Below, piece by piece: positions 22,848-36,277 of a stretch of DNA of 64,000 nucleotides. Position 1 is the stretch's first letter, and each line of letters starts with the position of its first letter. The stretch is from assembly GCA_030704615.1 (NCBI GenBank), contig CM060732.1, forward strand, positions 28,396,001 to 28,460,000, written 5' to 3'. The stretch is from Takakia lepidozioides (taxonomy: Eukaryota > Plantae > Bryophyta). The notes beneath the pieces were generated by a model. The model made no database searches. It saw only the letters and a program-made list of their open reading frames with translations, and had not been told where the DNA came from. The translations under genes and the position numbers were made by a program.

Positions 22848-25800
22848 CTAGGTGTCTCTTCGTGTTCTGCGGCGAGTTGTGGTCCCTTCCTCTCCCTCCT
22901 TCTCAATCTCGCCTGCTTGCTCTTGTTCATCATCCTCAACCATGGGTTCATCCTTGGCCTCTGTGGCAACCACATCGTCGGGTGTTGCAAGATCTGTCTT
23001 CTTAGCCTTCTCCAAAGGCACCTGCAAGAGCAGTTCAACATCTGAGATGCAGCCCACAACTGTAATCTCCACCATTCCATAAGGATAAATGCCATGGACC
23101 CGTATTAGTTCCAAAGAGCAAGGACGGCCATTTTCTAAACCTAGAGAGGGTACACTCACCTCTTTGCTCCAGGTACAGTACAGAGGTAAGGCCACAATCA
23201 GTCCTTGGAGAAAACATCGGTTCAGGCGAACAAAAGAGCACCTTGGAGAGTAAAAATCAATCCAGAACACGACTTACCAGAGGAGGTACCACCTTCTTCT
23301 TGCCGGAGAAGAGAGTGTAAAGCAAGGAAAGGAGAATGACAGGAATCACCACGAGAATACCATACGTCAGTGGTGGATTCTGCTCTCCCTTGGCAATCAA
23401 TTCCTGCAATGCAGTCAGTCGCTCAAACAGGTTAGATGTTATCATTTTTTTAAACCTTGTGGGAATCAGAAAGAGGTGGCTGCCATCATCTGTTCCCTTC
23501 CAAGGCAACAGTAAAGTGGCAGAAACTAACAGCTAGCCAACTGAAACAGAACATGTTGCCACCAGTAGAACATGATTCGTCCTACAGCACTTAGAAATTG
23601 CAAAGAAAACTCTGTGATATGCTAGCAATTGTTTTAAGTTAAGTAGGTCCTTACATGTATCTGTGACTTATATGCCACAAGGAATGGAGCATCAGCTATT
23701 TTGTACAATGTCTCAAAAACTTTTTCCTGAAAACCAAACGACAATTTGCACCCACCATCTCTATGTCAAAAATATTACAAAACACGTCACCTACAATTCC
23801 CATGGAGTATAATCAAAATTGAGGGTAAGATGAGCTGCAAGGAGATGGATCCTACATCTCAGGAAACACACACACCTAACAAGCATATCTTACTTCACCG
23901 AGGCATCTTAGAAATGAAGAGCCTTAAATGTCCTTTGTGAATCCCATCACGCTTCCAACACCCATGGCACAGACACTCACAGAAACAAAAACACACCCAC
24001 CAGGAGCGAGTCTCCCTATCACACATCACCTCTCCTCCAAACAGGGAATAGACAGTGGACAGCTGATCCAGCATCTACTAATATAAATACTGTAAGATAT
24101 ATCCCTAAACCTATTGACATATCTTCATACATGGAAGTAAAGGTAGTAAAAAAGAAGTGCGGTTAGAGGGATTTCAAGATTAAAGAACATTAGGGAGATT
24201 ACAATCTGAAAAGTTCGAGGGATTTTCAGATTGTAACAGCACTATAGGAAGCAACGAGTGTAGACCAAAAGCACAAACCTTAATGCCAGTCTTGCCAGCG
24301 GCGTCATCAGTCTTGTCAACTGCGTCTTCTGCTGCTGCTGCCTTCTCCTTCTCCACATCAAACTTTGGTTTCCATGTTGTCTTCCTGTACTCCTCCGCCA
24401 CACCCTCATCATGGGCAACAAGAACATTATCAAACAAGATGCCATCCTGCATAGTCCATATCTCAATGCCGATGGCTGCAATTGGCTCTAGGTTGGGCCT
24501 GTCCAATGTAAAGTACTCCGGGTTGGGTATCTCCTGCGCCTTCCAGATGCCCTTGTAATCTGGGTTGTCAATCAGGGGAGCCTTCCATTTGCCTTTATAA
24601 GCCGGATTCTTGATGGTTGGCCGTGTCCATTCACCACACCCAGGGGCTTCATCACACTTGGGATTGCTGATTTTGGGGATTTCCCATTCACCATCTTCCT
24701 CATCATCCCAGTCCTCAGGCTTCTCTGCCTCTGGGTCATCAACTTCATCTGGCTCATCGTCCAGCCATCCCTGTAGATTTGACAACACAAGAACAATTCC
24801 CCATCCACTAAGTAGATTGACTCGGGCACCTTTATATCCAGGATTACTCTCCAAGTCCACAGAATTTGCATTGTGGAGGCCAGCACCCTACACATACTTC
24901 TCACTTGTAATCATATATGGCTATTTCAAGCATGAACTTTTTTGTGGAAGATTGGATGGTACTGGCAAATCCTAAAGAAGACTACTGCCCACTCAAGGTA
25001 CAATTTATGAGCTTCCTCACAGAAATTGTGGCTTGAAGTGCTCAACAGTACTCTGGAGGGTATCAGGACAAAAACATATAAAAGTGATCCTAACTAGCTT
25101 AACTAAGTAATGGGTACTTCTAGAACCCAGAATGATGGTATTAATTACCATCCGTATAGACAATCTGGTCAATACGCATCGTGCACTTTCAGAACTTGGG
25201 TCCAAATTCAGACCTAGATGACCACCTACACGTCTAATAATAACTAAGACCTAGGTGGCTAGCAAAACTTACCTCTGGCTTTTCTGCATCAAGGTCTTCA
25301 ATCTCTCTTGGTGCATCTTCATCCCAATCATCAGGCTTTGAAGCATCAGGGTCAGGGATTTTTGCTCGCTCATCCCAATCAGATGGTTTCTTGTCGTCAG
25401 GGTCAGGAATAGTTTCTGAAGGGACGACTGGTGGTTGAAAGTCGCTCGACAGAAGGTCTGCTGTCTGCTTCTCCTCACCATCGATCAAGAGCTTGAGTGT
25501 GTTGTCAGGATAGATCACCGCCGTGTAGACATGTGAAAGTTTATCACCTATGGGTGTTGGGGGGTTCTTAAGATGATGTTCAACATACTTCCCTGTTTTG
25601 GGGTTTTTGTGGCGGAAAATGAAGTGGACTTTATTTGTAGATCCACACTTGTCGGGCCCAAACATGAAGGTGTATGGTGCTTCATTGTTGAAATCACTGG
25701 CTGTCCAGCCCGCCTCCTACAGACGCATTACCGGGGGAGCATCAGGAACTCACAGGTGACAAATAGCCAGCTTCTAAAGTGAACTCCACCATATAATACA

Positions 25801-28562
25801 CAGTGGACAGCATGCCAACCATCTGTCGCAAGTCAACTCAAATGCATAAAACACATTATGAGCACCATTACAGTCCAACACTGCTGTACTGATGATACTT
25901 AAAAACAAGCAGACACCGTCCTTTCCTTGGCACTTCTACAGCAATATTCAGCCTTCAAAAGATATAAGCACTAGATTTGTCAGCAGCTATTGCCTTCAAT
26001 CATTCAAGAGAACTGTGATAGTGCACCCTACCTGCGGCAGCAAATACTTCAAGTAGGCACCACCACATTCGAGTCCATTCTGCAGGCGCACATCATACTG
26101 CAGCACCACTGCTCCATCCTTTGGGTCCACTGTTTCAGGTAGGTCCACTGCTATTCCGTACTTTTTTGCTTTGTCACTCACTAGCAAACCGTAATCTTCA
26201 TGCCCCTCACTCTTTGCATGCTTCCATTTACCTGCAGAGTAATAGAGGATGAGGACCAGTACCGATGTCATCTTTACGGGTGGAGAATGTTAAAAGCCAA
26301 AAACGGAGATTTCCAGCTACCGCATAAGTTCCCCCCGAGATTGCTGGAAGTGAATACAGCATCTCAGTATGAAGCAAGGATCAGGTATTTGTCCGACTGT
26401 AAGCAGGCCAGAAATAGACCTAAGAAAAGCAGTGGTATGTGTAAGCTTGCTTGTGTAAAGGGTTGTATTGTTGATATTCTTACTCTTGAGCCTGCACCAT
26501 AGCTCTACCATGAAGGGTATTGGAATACATGCACACCACCTCCGGCCTCTCAATTTCCTTTTCTACCTCAACTATCATCCTAATAACAACCAAGGAGGAC
26601 TCAGAAAAGTGCAATACCTCCATAGTCGCTACTTTGGGAAACAACCCACCGGCCCTCCCAGCTCTCCTCGAAAGAGTCGTAAAACACCTGAACAATTTCA
26701 CAACAATCCACCACATTAACTAGGTTATTTGAATGCCCCACCTCTGCCAGTTCCTAACTGGACACTTCATTTTTTCACCTCCGGCATTTGAGACACTAAA
26801 TGACCTTGGGAAGTAGTAATACCATTCACTTGAAACCACTGGCCTTGGAGGACTTTTGAATGTACTTCTCAAGTGTTTCACAAATTGGGGACTACCCCGG
26901 AAAGCTATTAGAAAAGGATATTGGACCTTCTCTGAAGAACTCAATGTTTGCTACTGGCCATCCTCACAAAAGCATGTCCTGAGGCCAGAGAGGCATGCAA
27001 GACCTACCAGTATCCTACAATGAAGTGGACTTCGGTCTGTAGACTCCAAGGGAGACAGCACTACACAGATAGAGATTAAATGTTTCAGGATATTAGAAAT
27101 CCTTCCAACCAGAACATGACTTTACAGGCCAAGAAACTTTTGAGCAGGGGGTAGAGAGTTGAATGCTTGTACAGACTGACAGCACATGTGGACTGTCACA
27201 ATCCAAGGGACATTCACCAACAGACCAGAGAAGTAGTGAGCACACAAAGGGAAATCCAAATAGACATCCAAAGAGCGGGACTGGAAAAACCCCCCACTAA
27301 AGTAGAGATGTAAGTAACAGATAACACAATCACACATGGTAGTCCTGCGTGTGACATGGAAAACCTGCTGTCACAGGTAAGAAAACCAATACAAACCTCT
27401 ACACTTGTCTCTGACAGTAAGAGAAAGACCATCAGATCACATCCATAGAGGAAAACTTGTTATGGCAGAAAGCCCTGAGGATAGAGCTTCCGGAGAAACA
27501 GCAGATCATCGACATGCTGACTTACATAAACTGAGAGAGGACCAAGTACAGACGCAGAACAATTTTCGTGGTCAAAACACTACAAATCGCCAACGGCACA
27601 TTCAGGCGGCCCTATAAAGACGCTGATCTGCCTACAGTCAGTTCCAAGGGCGAATAGGTTCCATACTGCAGAAAACAGACAGCAGAAACCCTACGAAGAT
27701 CACAAGATGAAACGGAAATCGTTCAGTTGCCAAAGTACGATGGCTGCTACTCCGCCCTACGACTCTACGATAAGAGGGTCCAAGCTCTAGAGGCGCCCAA
27801 ATCGACTGAGAACTCTAGTATACCTGACAAACCTTCTGTGATCTATTCGTCTGCGTAGGAGGTCCGAGCAGGAAAAGTTCTTAAACCAGAAAACAATGCT
27901 GGTAAATAGCAACATCGACGATGCTTCGCGGCCTAGGATCCGCCTCATCCATGACTTCCGCAAGTTAGTTTCGGCCCAGATCCTCACTTCCTCATTTCGA
28001 AATTGCTAAATGTCGAAAGTCTAGGCTATCTGAAACTATTTGCATTGCGAGGAAAGGGAACAAAAGAACTGCGCGCAAATTCCACAGCCAAGTAGCATTC
28101 CCTGAGGAGTAGTTTTTCCGGCCAAGTTACTTTACTTTCGCTTCAAAACAGTCTACGGCAATTAAAGCGGCACGGAAGCGCAAAATAGAAGCCAAGAAAA
28201 TGCAAAAGACCGAGTGCTGACGGTAAACGGACTCTCATTTGCATATCAGCTTCGTTTTTCTCCACGTAGCTACGACCTACACTAGCACATCCGCTTGCTT
28301 CAGAATACAGAGAATGAGAGACGCAAAACAAGATATAATACTCTTAAGTAAGTCCGCGATCGCGTAACCATCGGCTTCCGCGAGACGTGAACACCGCCCG
28401 ACGACAACACTGAAGCCACATCACAGCCCTCAACCAGACAGCAGACACGAAAACCGACACTCAACGAGAAAGTAAACTTACAGTGTCAGACAAAGCAGCG
28501 GCAAGACCCGAAGCGCAGCACACAAAGAAGGCTGCCAGGAACAGCAGCTTAGGCATCGCCAT
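22848..28562 (-). CDS. CNX: Calnexin; exons ~28562-28482, 26687-26618, 26231-26032, 25716-25273, 24770-24279, (possible small exon ~24030-24074), 23403-23278, 23021-22848
   Basis: Signal peptide, LECGGAYLKYL, MFGPDKCG, P-domain repeats (KPSDWDE, KPEDWDDEEDGEW, NPAYKGKW), IGIEIWTMQDGILFDN, TM helix (LTYGILVVIPVILLSLL), acidic tail and terminal RRRTRRDT. Confidence 0.93.
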
Positions 28563-28745
28563 GGCCAGCAGCCGAGCCCCTCTCGTCTGCCGTCTCCCTC
28601 CTCGCAATCGCGCCCAAGAAGGTCTGTCCTCGCACACGAGAGGAGGCCCTAGCCTTTGTGGCACAGCAAAGCCGTCGCTCGTGCTGCGCTCTGAATCGTG
28701 GAGACCCCCGGGACCCGTGCGCCCGCGTTTGTTTCGCCGCTTGTA

Positions 28746-28798
28746 CCAATCACGTTCCAGAGAGAGCTCACGAAACGTGGCTCCAGCCAATGAGCACG
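28746..28798. promoter_or_regulatory. Candidate ER-stress-type promoter elements upstream of calnexin
   Basis: CCAAT-CACG (28746-28754), ACGTGG (28775-28780) and CCAAT-gag-CACG (28787-28798), about 180-240 bp upstream of the ATG. The spacing is not the canonical ERSE spacing. Confidence 0.35.
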
Positions 28799-29556
28799 CA
28801 CCTCTGTGCGTGCGCTGCGCTGTGATTCGTCGCACATACGCGGCACCCTGCAGGGGCTGCTGACTGTGCACCTAGGACCCGTTGGATGAGCAAACCTGGA
28901 TGTCGATGAATCAGCTTCGTGGATGAGCATACGACGAATGAATGAAAATCAAGATGAAGGACGTCATCCGAAGTCAACTGCCTTAACAATAAGATGTTTG
29001 ATTTGTTTTTGAGGAATTTACTTATTTTGGTTGAAGAATTTTTGGAAGATGAGTTGGCCATAGCAATAAGGTTAGGTACTGGTAACCTCACCCAAAGCCA
29101 AAGAAATACACCTAATTTGTTTTTCAAAAAATTACGGTGGGGGTTACAATGATTTCCCATGATCATGGAACTTCATAGGGTCTGATGCAACCGCCCCTAA
29201 GAGATCCAGGATCAAGAGATGGGCCTCTTCCTTAATGTCAGATAGCTCCATAATCTTCTTGCAGGAACATAAGCTAAATAGTTCCAAGATTAACTCTATT
29301 GGTCATTTGTTATGGCCCCCTAATCTAGCTTGGTGGAATAAGACTGTGGCTGATTCAAGAGGCGGCACCGCAATCGTAATCTCGCCGAATCTAGTCGATC
29401 ATATTTCTTGCATGGATATCTGGATGACTGGAAGAGCCCAATTTGGCATTCTCTCCATTCCTAGTTCTGGATGCAAAATAGGACTTATCAATGTTTATGC
29501 TCCGAACGCCATTAATGACAAAATAGCCTTCTGGATACTACTGCACTCCAACATTC

Positions 29557-32500
29557 TGTATCGCGGCCCTTTGCCTTGAGGGCAGGGGGTCGGGACACAA
29601 GAGGGGCTGCCCCTGTGGTGGGGGCAGTGGCAGCGATAGGAGCTGAAGCACCCTTGAGTGCCCAAGGCACTCAAGGTGGCGGAGGCGCTCACTAGGTGGA
29701 GCCCCGCTCACCGGGTTGCGGTGGGGGTGGCTCCACAAGGGGTGGTGGTAGCTTAGCGGGACTTAGTGGGGGTGGCATAGGACTCACCCTGGGGCGGAGA
29801 CCTCGTGGTGGGAGTCGTGGGGAGTCTTGGGACTCATCACGGTCCATAAGGGCCGTGGTGGGTGGGCCAAGACTCACCGGGAGTCGAGGGTGTTCGTGGT
29901 GGTTCGCCATAAAATGGCATGGTTGTTTGTGAAACCCCCGCGGACAGCTACAGAAGTATATATAGGGAGTAGTAACCCCGAGAACGGTGCAAGCCCGTTG
30001 GTGACCAAAAACTAGTGAGTAAGCGAGCGAGCCGGAAAGCGACCAAAGAGTGGGGAGCTGTTCCGGACTGCCAACTACCAAAGGGAATTCCGCTGGTTCC
30101 AAAGGGGTGAAGGGTTCTTTGGGAGATCGTAGGGGGGACCGTTACGCCCCGGTGAGCAGCCGAAGCTCCAAGTTGGCCCGGCGGCCCGGTTGGGAGTTAG
30201 GCGCGCGCATCAAGCGAGTAACTATGATTTGAGGGGGGAGCTTACCGAAGTGAGGTGCGCGACACTTGGTATCAGAGCCTAGAGTTCAGTACGTGATCGC
30301 CCTTGGGATTGGCCTCATCATGGGGTCGGGCAAGCCAAAGCGAAAGCGGAACGGCCCAAAAGATGATGATCTTGGTGAGCCCGATGGGGGCGACGTGTCA
30401 CCGAGGCGGCCGTTTGAGGAAGCGATGCATGTTTCCGAAAACGAGGCCGCTCAAGAGCGGGAGGAATCTGAGGAGTCGGAGCCTGAGGAATCCCTGAGAG
30501 CTCCGACCGACCAACAGATGCATCCCATGCGGCAGCCTTTTGGGAAGGGTTGTTGGCGCAATTTGGCGGGACGTTGAAAGACGTGTTGAAAGCGGCTAAT
30601 GCCACTTCCACTAAGGCAAAGTTTAAGGTGAAGCCTAAGGAACCCGGCACCTTCGAGGGCGTCCAAAATCGGAAGGCACTCAACACCTGGCTCTTGGAGC
30701 TAGAGCAGTACTTCCGGGCGGCCAAGTTGAGTGACGAGGATCGGGTGGAAGTGGCTCCCACCTATTTGAGGGGCTATGCTCAACAATGGTGGCAGAAACG
30801 CCTTCACGACCGAGGTCCAAGCCCGGAAACCTTGAACTGGAGTGGGTTCAAGGAATTGATAAAGAGGCAGTTTGTGCCCCTCAACGCGTCTTGGCTCGTC
30901 CAGGACAAGATGAGGAATTTGAAGCAAACAGATGACATTCGGGGATATGTCCAGGCTTTCAATGTGCTGTTGCTCGAAGTCGCGGACATGGCAAAACTAG
31001 AAATGGTCTTCAACTTTGTGGCGGGACTGGCCCCATGGGCCAGGCGGAAGTTGGAGGAGAAGCCACCTAAGACTTTGAACGAGGCAATTGAGAGGGCGGA
31101 ATGTTTCTCGGATGCCCCTAAGGGTGAAAGACAAGGCCGTACGGAGCTGAACCACAAGAAGACCCGGCGGGAAGGTGACTCCTTCTGACCGGAAAAGAAG
31201 TGGGATAGGCCACGCGGCGACAATGGCACGTGGAAATCGAAGGGAGGGCCTTCACAAGTCAAGGCGGCCCCCGGTACTGCACGAAGCCCCGGCAATTGAA
31301 CATGACTCGGGCGACCACAGAGCTGTCGGAAGATACCATCAGTCGCTTGGTGGAAGCGGTGGTCGCCAGGACTTGCAAGGTAGGCAAATTTTCTTGTGAG
31401 TTGTATCAGGAAACTGGCACCTTACGTAAAGGGAGTCAGTTATTGTTCGTGGATGGGATAATATCCGGAACTAACGTGTCATTGTTGGTAGACACAGGAA
31501 CGTCGCACTCCTTCATGACACCGGCAACGGCACAAAAGCTGGGACTCCCGACAAGTGACGTGGGGGCCTCTATTGAGGTGCGTTCTGCCAAAGGAGAACC
31601 GCAATTGGCGACAAGGTTGGCGTTTGATGTTCCTCTTCAACTGGGGAGTTGGGAGGGACGTGAGAACTTCACCTTCTGCGAGATCGATGGAGTGGATCTC
31701 ATTTTGGGGATGACCTTTTTGAGCAAATCCGGAGCGGTCATAGATGGCCGCAAGAGAGTAGTCACGCTGCCATGTGGGAATGGTGTCGAGGTCTTACGAG
31801 TGTCGGAAACGCCTAAACCCGTGGGAGGGCGAATAAACCTTCTGTCAGCAAGGGAGTGGGCCGTAGAGGAGGCACACGAGCCCCAGTTTTTGCTCTTCAT
31901 TAGAGAAGTGAAGGGAGAAGGCGATGGGGAGCCGAGCCCAGATTGGATCAAGGGATTTTGGAGAAATACCAGGATGTAATGCCGGAGGATTTACCAAGCG
32001 GCTTGCCACCGCGAAGAGGAGTTGACCACAAGATTGAGGTGATACTGGGATTGGAACCGCCTGCCAAGGCGCCCTACCGGTTGAGCCACAGAGAGTTGGT
32101 CGAGCTGAAGACTCAGCTCAAAGATCTAATGTCAAAGGGGTACATCTGGCCGAGTAAGTCACCTTACGGAGCCCCGGTGCTATTCGCAGACAAGAAGGAT
32201 GGGATACTGCGGATGTGTGTCGATTACAGGGCTTTGAATAAGGTGACTATCAAAAACCGGTACCCTTTGCCAAGGATCGACGACCTTTTTGATCAGTTGG
32301 CAGGAGCGAAGTATTTCAGCCGGATCGATCTGCGCTCCGGCTATCATCAAATTTGAGTGGCGGAAGGAGATGAGGAGAAGACCGCGTGTAGGACAAGGTA
32401 TGGTTCATATGAGTTCTTGGCGATGCCTTTTGGACTCACCAACGCTCCCGCGACCTTTAGCACGCTGATGAACAGCCTTTTCGAGGAGTGGTTGGATGAC

Positions 32501-32860
32501 TTTGTGATCGTGTACATCGACGACATCTTGGTGTATTCGAAAACAAAGGAGGAGCACCTGGAGCACCTCAAAAGGGTGTTCCAGAAATTGCGGGAAGGGA
32601 AGTTGTATGCCAAAGCTTCAAAGTGCGAATTCGGGGTCACAAAAGTGGAGTTCCTGGGGCATGTGATTACACAGGATGGGATCAGAATGGATGACAGGAA
32701 GGTGAGGGCAATCTTGGACTGGGAGCCTCCGACTTCGGTCCCGGGAGTGCAATCCTTCCTAGGACTCGCCTCCTATTACCGGAAGTATGTGAGAAATTTC
32801 GCCAAGATCGCGGGGCCGCTATCAGACCTACTGTGTAAATCCAAAGTCTGGGCATGGAAC
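29557..32860 (+). mobile_element. Chromovirus-like Ty3/Gypsy, 5' half only (LTR 29557-30264, PBS, gag, PR, RT, start of RH), defective
   Basis: TG...CA LTR, PBS TGGTATCAGAGC (tRNA-iMet) at 30267-30278, gag (YLRGYAQQWW), protease [46 protein letters not shown]. It has stops and frameshifts; integrase and 3' LTR are absent. Confidence 0.9.
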
Positions 32861-32867
32861 CCTAGAA

Positions 32868-35347
32868 TTGAAGCACAGAAGTCGATACGACTTCATCCAT
32901 GACAGTGTTTTCCCAGGACAGGGGTCCCAAAAAGTATACTCTCAAAGAAACCCGATCGTAGAGACCGGAACGTTGAATTCCACAGTTGCGGAGGGTTCTG
33001 GAGTTAGCCTGGTGCGTAGAATGCAGGCCAGGGGTGATCTTCATAAGTCCTGGGTAATGTTTGATCACGTGAAGCGAGTGAAGGATTGGACGACCATGGC
33101 CTGTCATGTGTATGATCCTACATACCAGCGAGTTATGACTATTGCTATTTGTGACATGCAGTCGGAGGACACAGAGTCCCAAATTCTTATGTGGAAGGCT
33201 CTAGTTAACGTCATGAGAGTTCATGGTTTGCCAGATGCAAATTTCACAGGGTTCATGGCAGACAACGCACAAGCTAATTGGAATGTTGTGCGGACTGTGT
33301 TTGGCTCTGGTGACCCAAAAATACCAATGCAAGGCCGGGAACGCACTTGCCTCTTTCATTGGACCCAGTCCCTTCGACGGCACACAAAAAATTCCATAAA
33401 ATTGGAGTTGCAAGAGGAGCACCTGCGACTATGTCGTCTATACAAAGATGCCACCACAGAAAGGGAAGCAAATGCCATGTTTCAGACTATCAGAGCATGG
33501 TGGTACTCCTCTGAGGCGGCGAGTTTGGAGGGGATCCAAGAGCTAGAAGACTGGTTGGGCTTTTGGCACTTCAGATACAGACAGTGGGGTGCCTTCATGA
33601 CCGCTGTAAGTTAGACTCATACTACCATGATTTTCAAAACTTCTTATATATATGGGGGTGTGCATCAGCGACCTTGCTGTCCAGTCCAGTCCAGTCGAAT
33701 GCTGCTCCCCATAACAATGGCATTTGTGTGGCATTTACCTGCAGAATATGTCACTGGAAGACATTGCGGATATGCCATCCTGCAATCTTGCGGAGACTGT
33801 TCATAGTATGTGGATGGCGCAATCTGGTAAGAACAGCCGGAACCTTTACGTTGCAACTGCAGATGACCTTATCCGCGCTCTTTCGCAACAAACAAAGTAC
33901 CGAGACTTCCTCAGGGGACGGGGTGTTGGTAAGGGCCGGACAGGGCAGAGTTGTTGCTCAGGGCTGCTAACAGATGCAAGCATCCTGCAAAAATGGCTCG
34001 GGCTGTTAACGAGTACACGATTGGAACACCTTTGCAGTCCAGGCTCCCACATCTGGAAGGTGAGGAGAGATTCGGATCATGCAAGCGCAAACTGGACACC
34101 CCTCCAGGATCGGCGGGTGACTCCCATCGGCATGATAGAGATAATTTCTCCATACCTCGTGTGCATGTGCCACCCAATTTTGGATGTACTACTCCATCTG
34201 TGGATGCAGGTTGTTCTGCAGATTTCGATGCAACATATGCCACAGCTCCGGCACGGGAAGAAGGACGGACGTTGCTGCCGGTGGAGGAGACGGATTGTGG
34301 TGATGCAATGTGGCACATAGAATGGACTCCGAAAGGATCGAAAGTTGGTTGTTCTGCTATCAGGGCACTGTCTTTTGTGAAGTGCACAAGTAAAATTTGT
34401 AGAGGCACTGGCGGGACTCCAGCACCGACATTCACAGGTTTGTTCAAATATTACTCAGCGCGGGAGTCTAGACCTCACAAGTTCTGGTTCTGTCCCGATG
34501 ACATTCAGCGTTGTGTGATGGGGACTTGTCGGGAGTCAGTCATCAGCAAGCCTACCATCCCTGTTGTCTGGCCAGTCAAGGTCGGAACATCTCTCTCCAA
34601 ACAAGAGATTGACATGTTGGAGGATGCAGGGTTTCGACTTCCAAGAGGCCCAACAGTCCTAACACCAACATCATCTCGTGGTACGCCATCCGCATTCCCT
34701 GCACGTCCACCACATAGGAACGACTGGCCAACGAAAAGGAATGGAAAACCGGTTCGACGTGTTGAGTGAAGACATCTTAATTCGTCATTCCCTGATAAGG
34801 GTTACAACTCCCCCTATGATTTTTTCCAGGCCACATTTTTCTTCTTGCAACGATTTCCATGGGTTCATTTCTCATTCTGAGCATGCGATTTAAGATGTCG
34901 TTGACGACACCTTAATGCCTGGTGCATGCGCTTGATGATCCCTCAGGAGACATGCTCATACAGTCCTCCATAGAGTCCTCCATAGACCCCTCATCTGGAC
35001 AACTTCTCATCCGTGCTTTATCCAACGTTCATCCAGAACACTTTTACGTTCATCCCAAATCCATTCATCCGTGAATGTATCATCATGCATTCGTGCCACT
35101 TTCTCGTCATGGAGCCTATCTGTCTTCGGTCCGATGGAGCGGAGACTACGTCTTTGCAGTGAAGTTGGCATCCACGGAAATAGGCACACTTGTTCCCACG
35201 GTTTTGGGGTCCAGCGCGAAAGCTGCTCACGCTTTGATTCTGCTCACGCTTTGATTCTGCTCACGCTTCGGGGAATCTGCTCACACATCCAGGAATCTGC
35301 TCACAGGTTCTGCTCACGGCTTTGTTGCCCTCCCCATCCTCTCCATA
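32868..35347 (+). mobile_element. MULE-type DDE transposase fragment with one intron (33606-33744) and a repeat-rich end
   Basis: FDHVKR (D), FMADNAQANW (D), CLFHW (CxxH) and, after splicing, CNLAETVH (E). A Cys-rich C-terminal region follows, then TCTGCTCAC subterminal repeats at 35223-35318. Confidence 0.7.
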
Positions 35348-36277
35348 GTTATTAGACCGGAGCAGTCTGGCTTCTTAAAAGGAAGAACGATTCTTGATAA
35401 CATCTTTCTAGTCAATGAGGTCATGCATAAGGCTAAGTGCTCAGAGCAGCCCCTGGCTTTGTTAATGCTTGATTTTTAAAAAGCTTTTGACAATATTGAC
35501 TGGGGATTTCTGAACCAAGTCCTCATCAAAATAGGGATGCCACGGGCCTTTAACAGATGGGTTAATCTCCTGCTCACTTTGGCATCCAGTAAAGTTACTG
35601 TGAATGGTGCCATCTCCAAAATCCTTCGCTCTCTACAGATCTATAAGACAATAATGCCCTCTATCCCCATACCTGTTTCTCATAGCGGCTGATGCTCTGG
35701 GCCACTACTTTGCGGCAAGGCAGGACATTGCAGGCCTAAAAACAGATGATGGAGCCTCAATCAAGGTCTCCATGTATGCAGATGACACTACATTGTTTCT
35801 CAACAATGAAGACCCAGTCAACATAATGCGTGTCAGAGAAGCCCTGCAATTGTTTTGCGAAGCCTCGGGTCTCAAAATAAATTGGAACAAATCGGTTGAT
35901 CTGTTTACGGAGATGCCTGCTACCTCACGCCTCAGCACGGACCTAGATGGGGTCAGGACATAGGGCTCAAGTGGCTCCAGCCGGGAGAGGCACATACGCT
36001 GTTGGGCTTTCAAATTGGTATAGGGCTAACCGACGATCAGCGTTATGAACACATCTTACAAAGGCTTCGTAACAAGCTAGCATTATGGAGCTCCGCGATG
36101 CTATCAATTGCAAGTGCCTTGGTCTTGAGCCAGATCCTGCTTGCATCCATTTGGTATCCGGCCTCAGTCTGGTCCCCAGGTTCCACGCTCATTGCAAAAA
36201 TGAAGACCATGACGAGGAATTTCATGTGGGGTGCCTCCCCTCAACACCCCTCGAAGAAAGCCCTGGTCTCATGGGCT

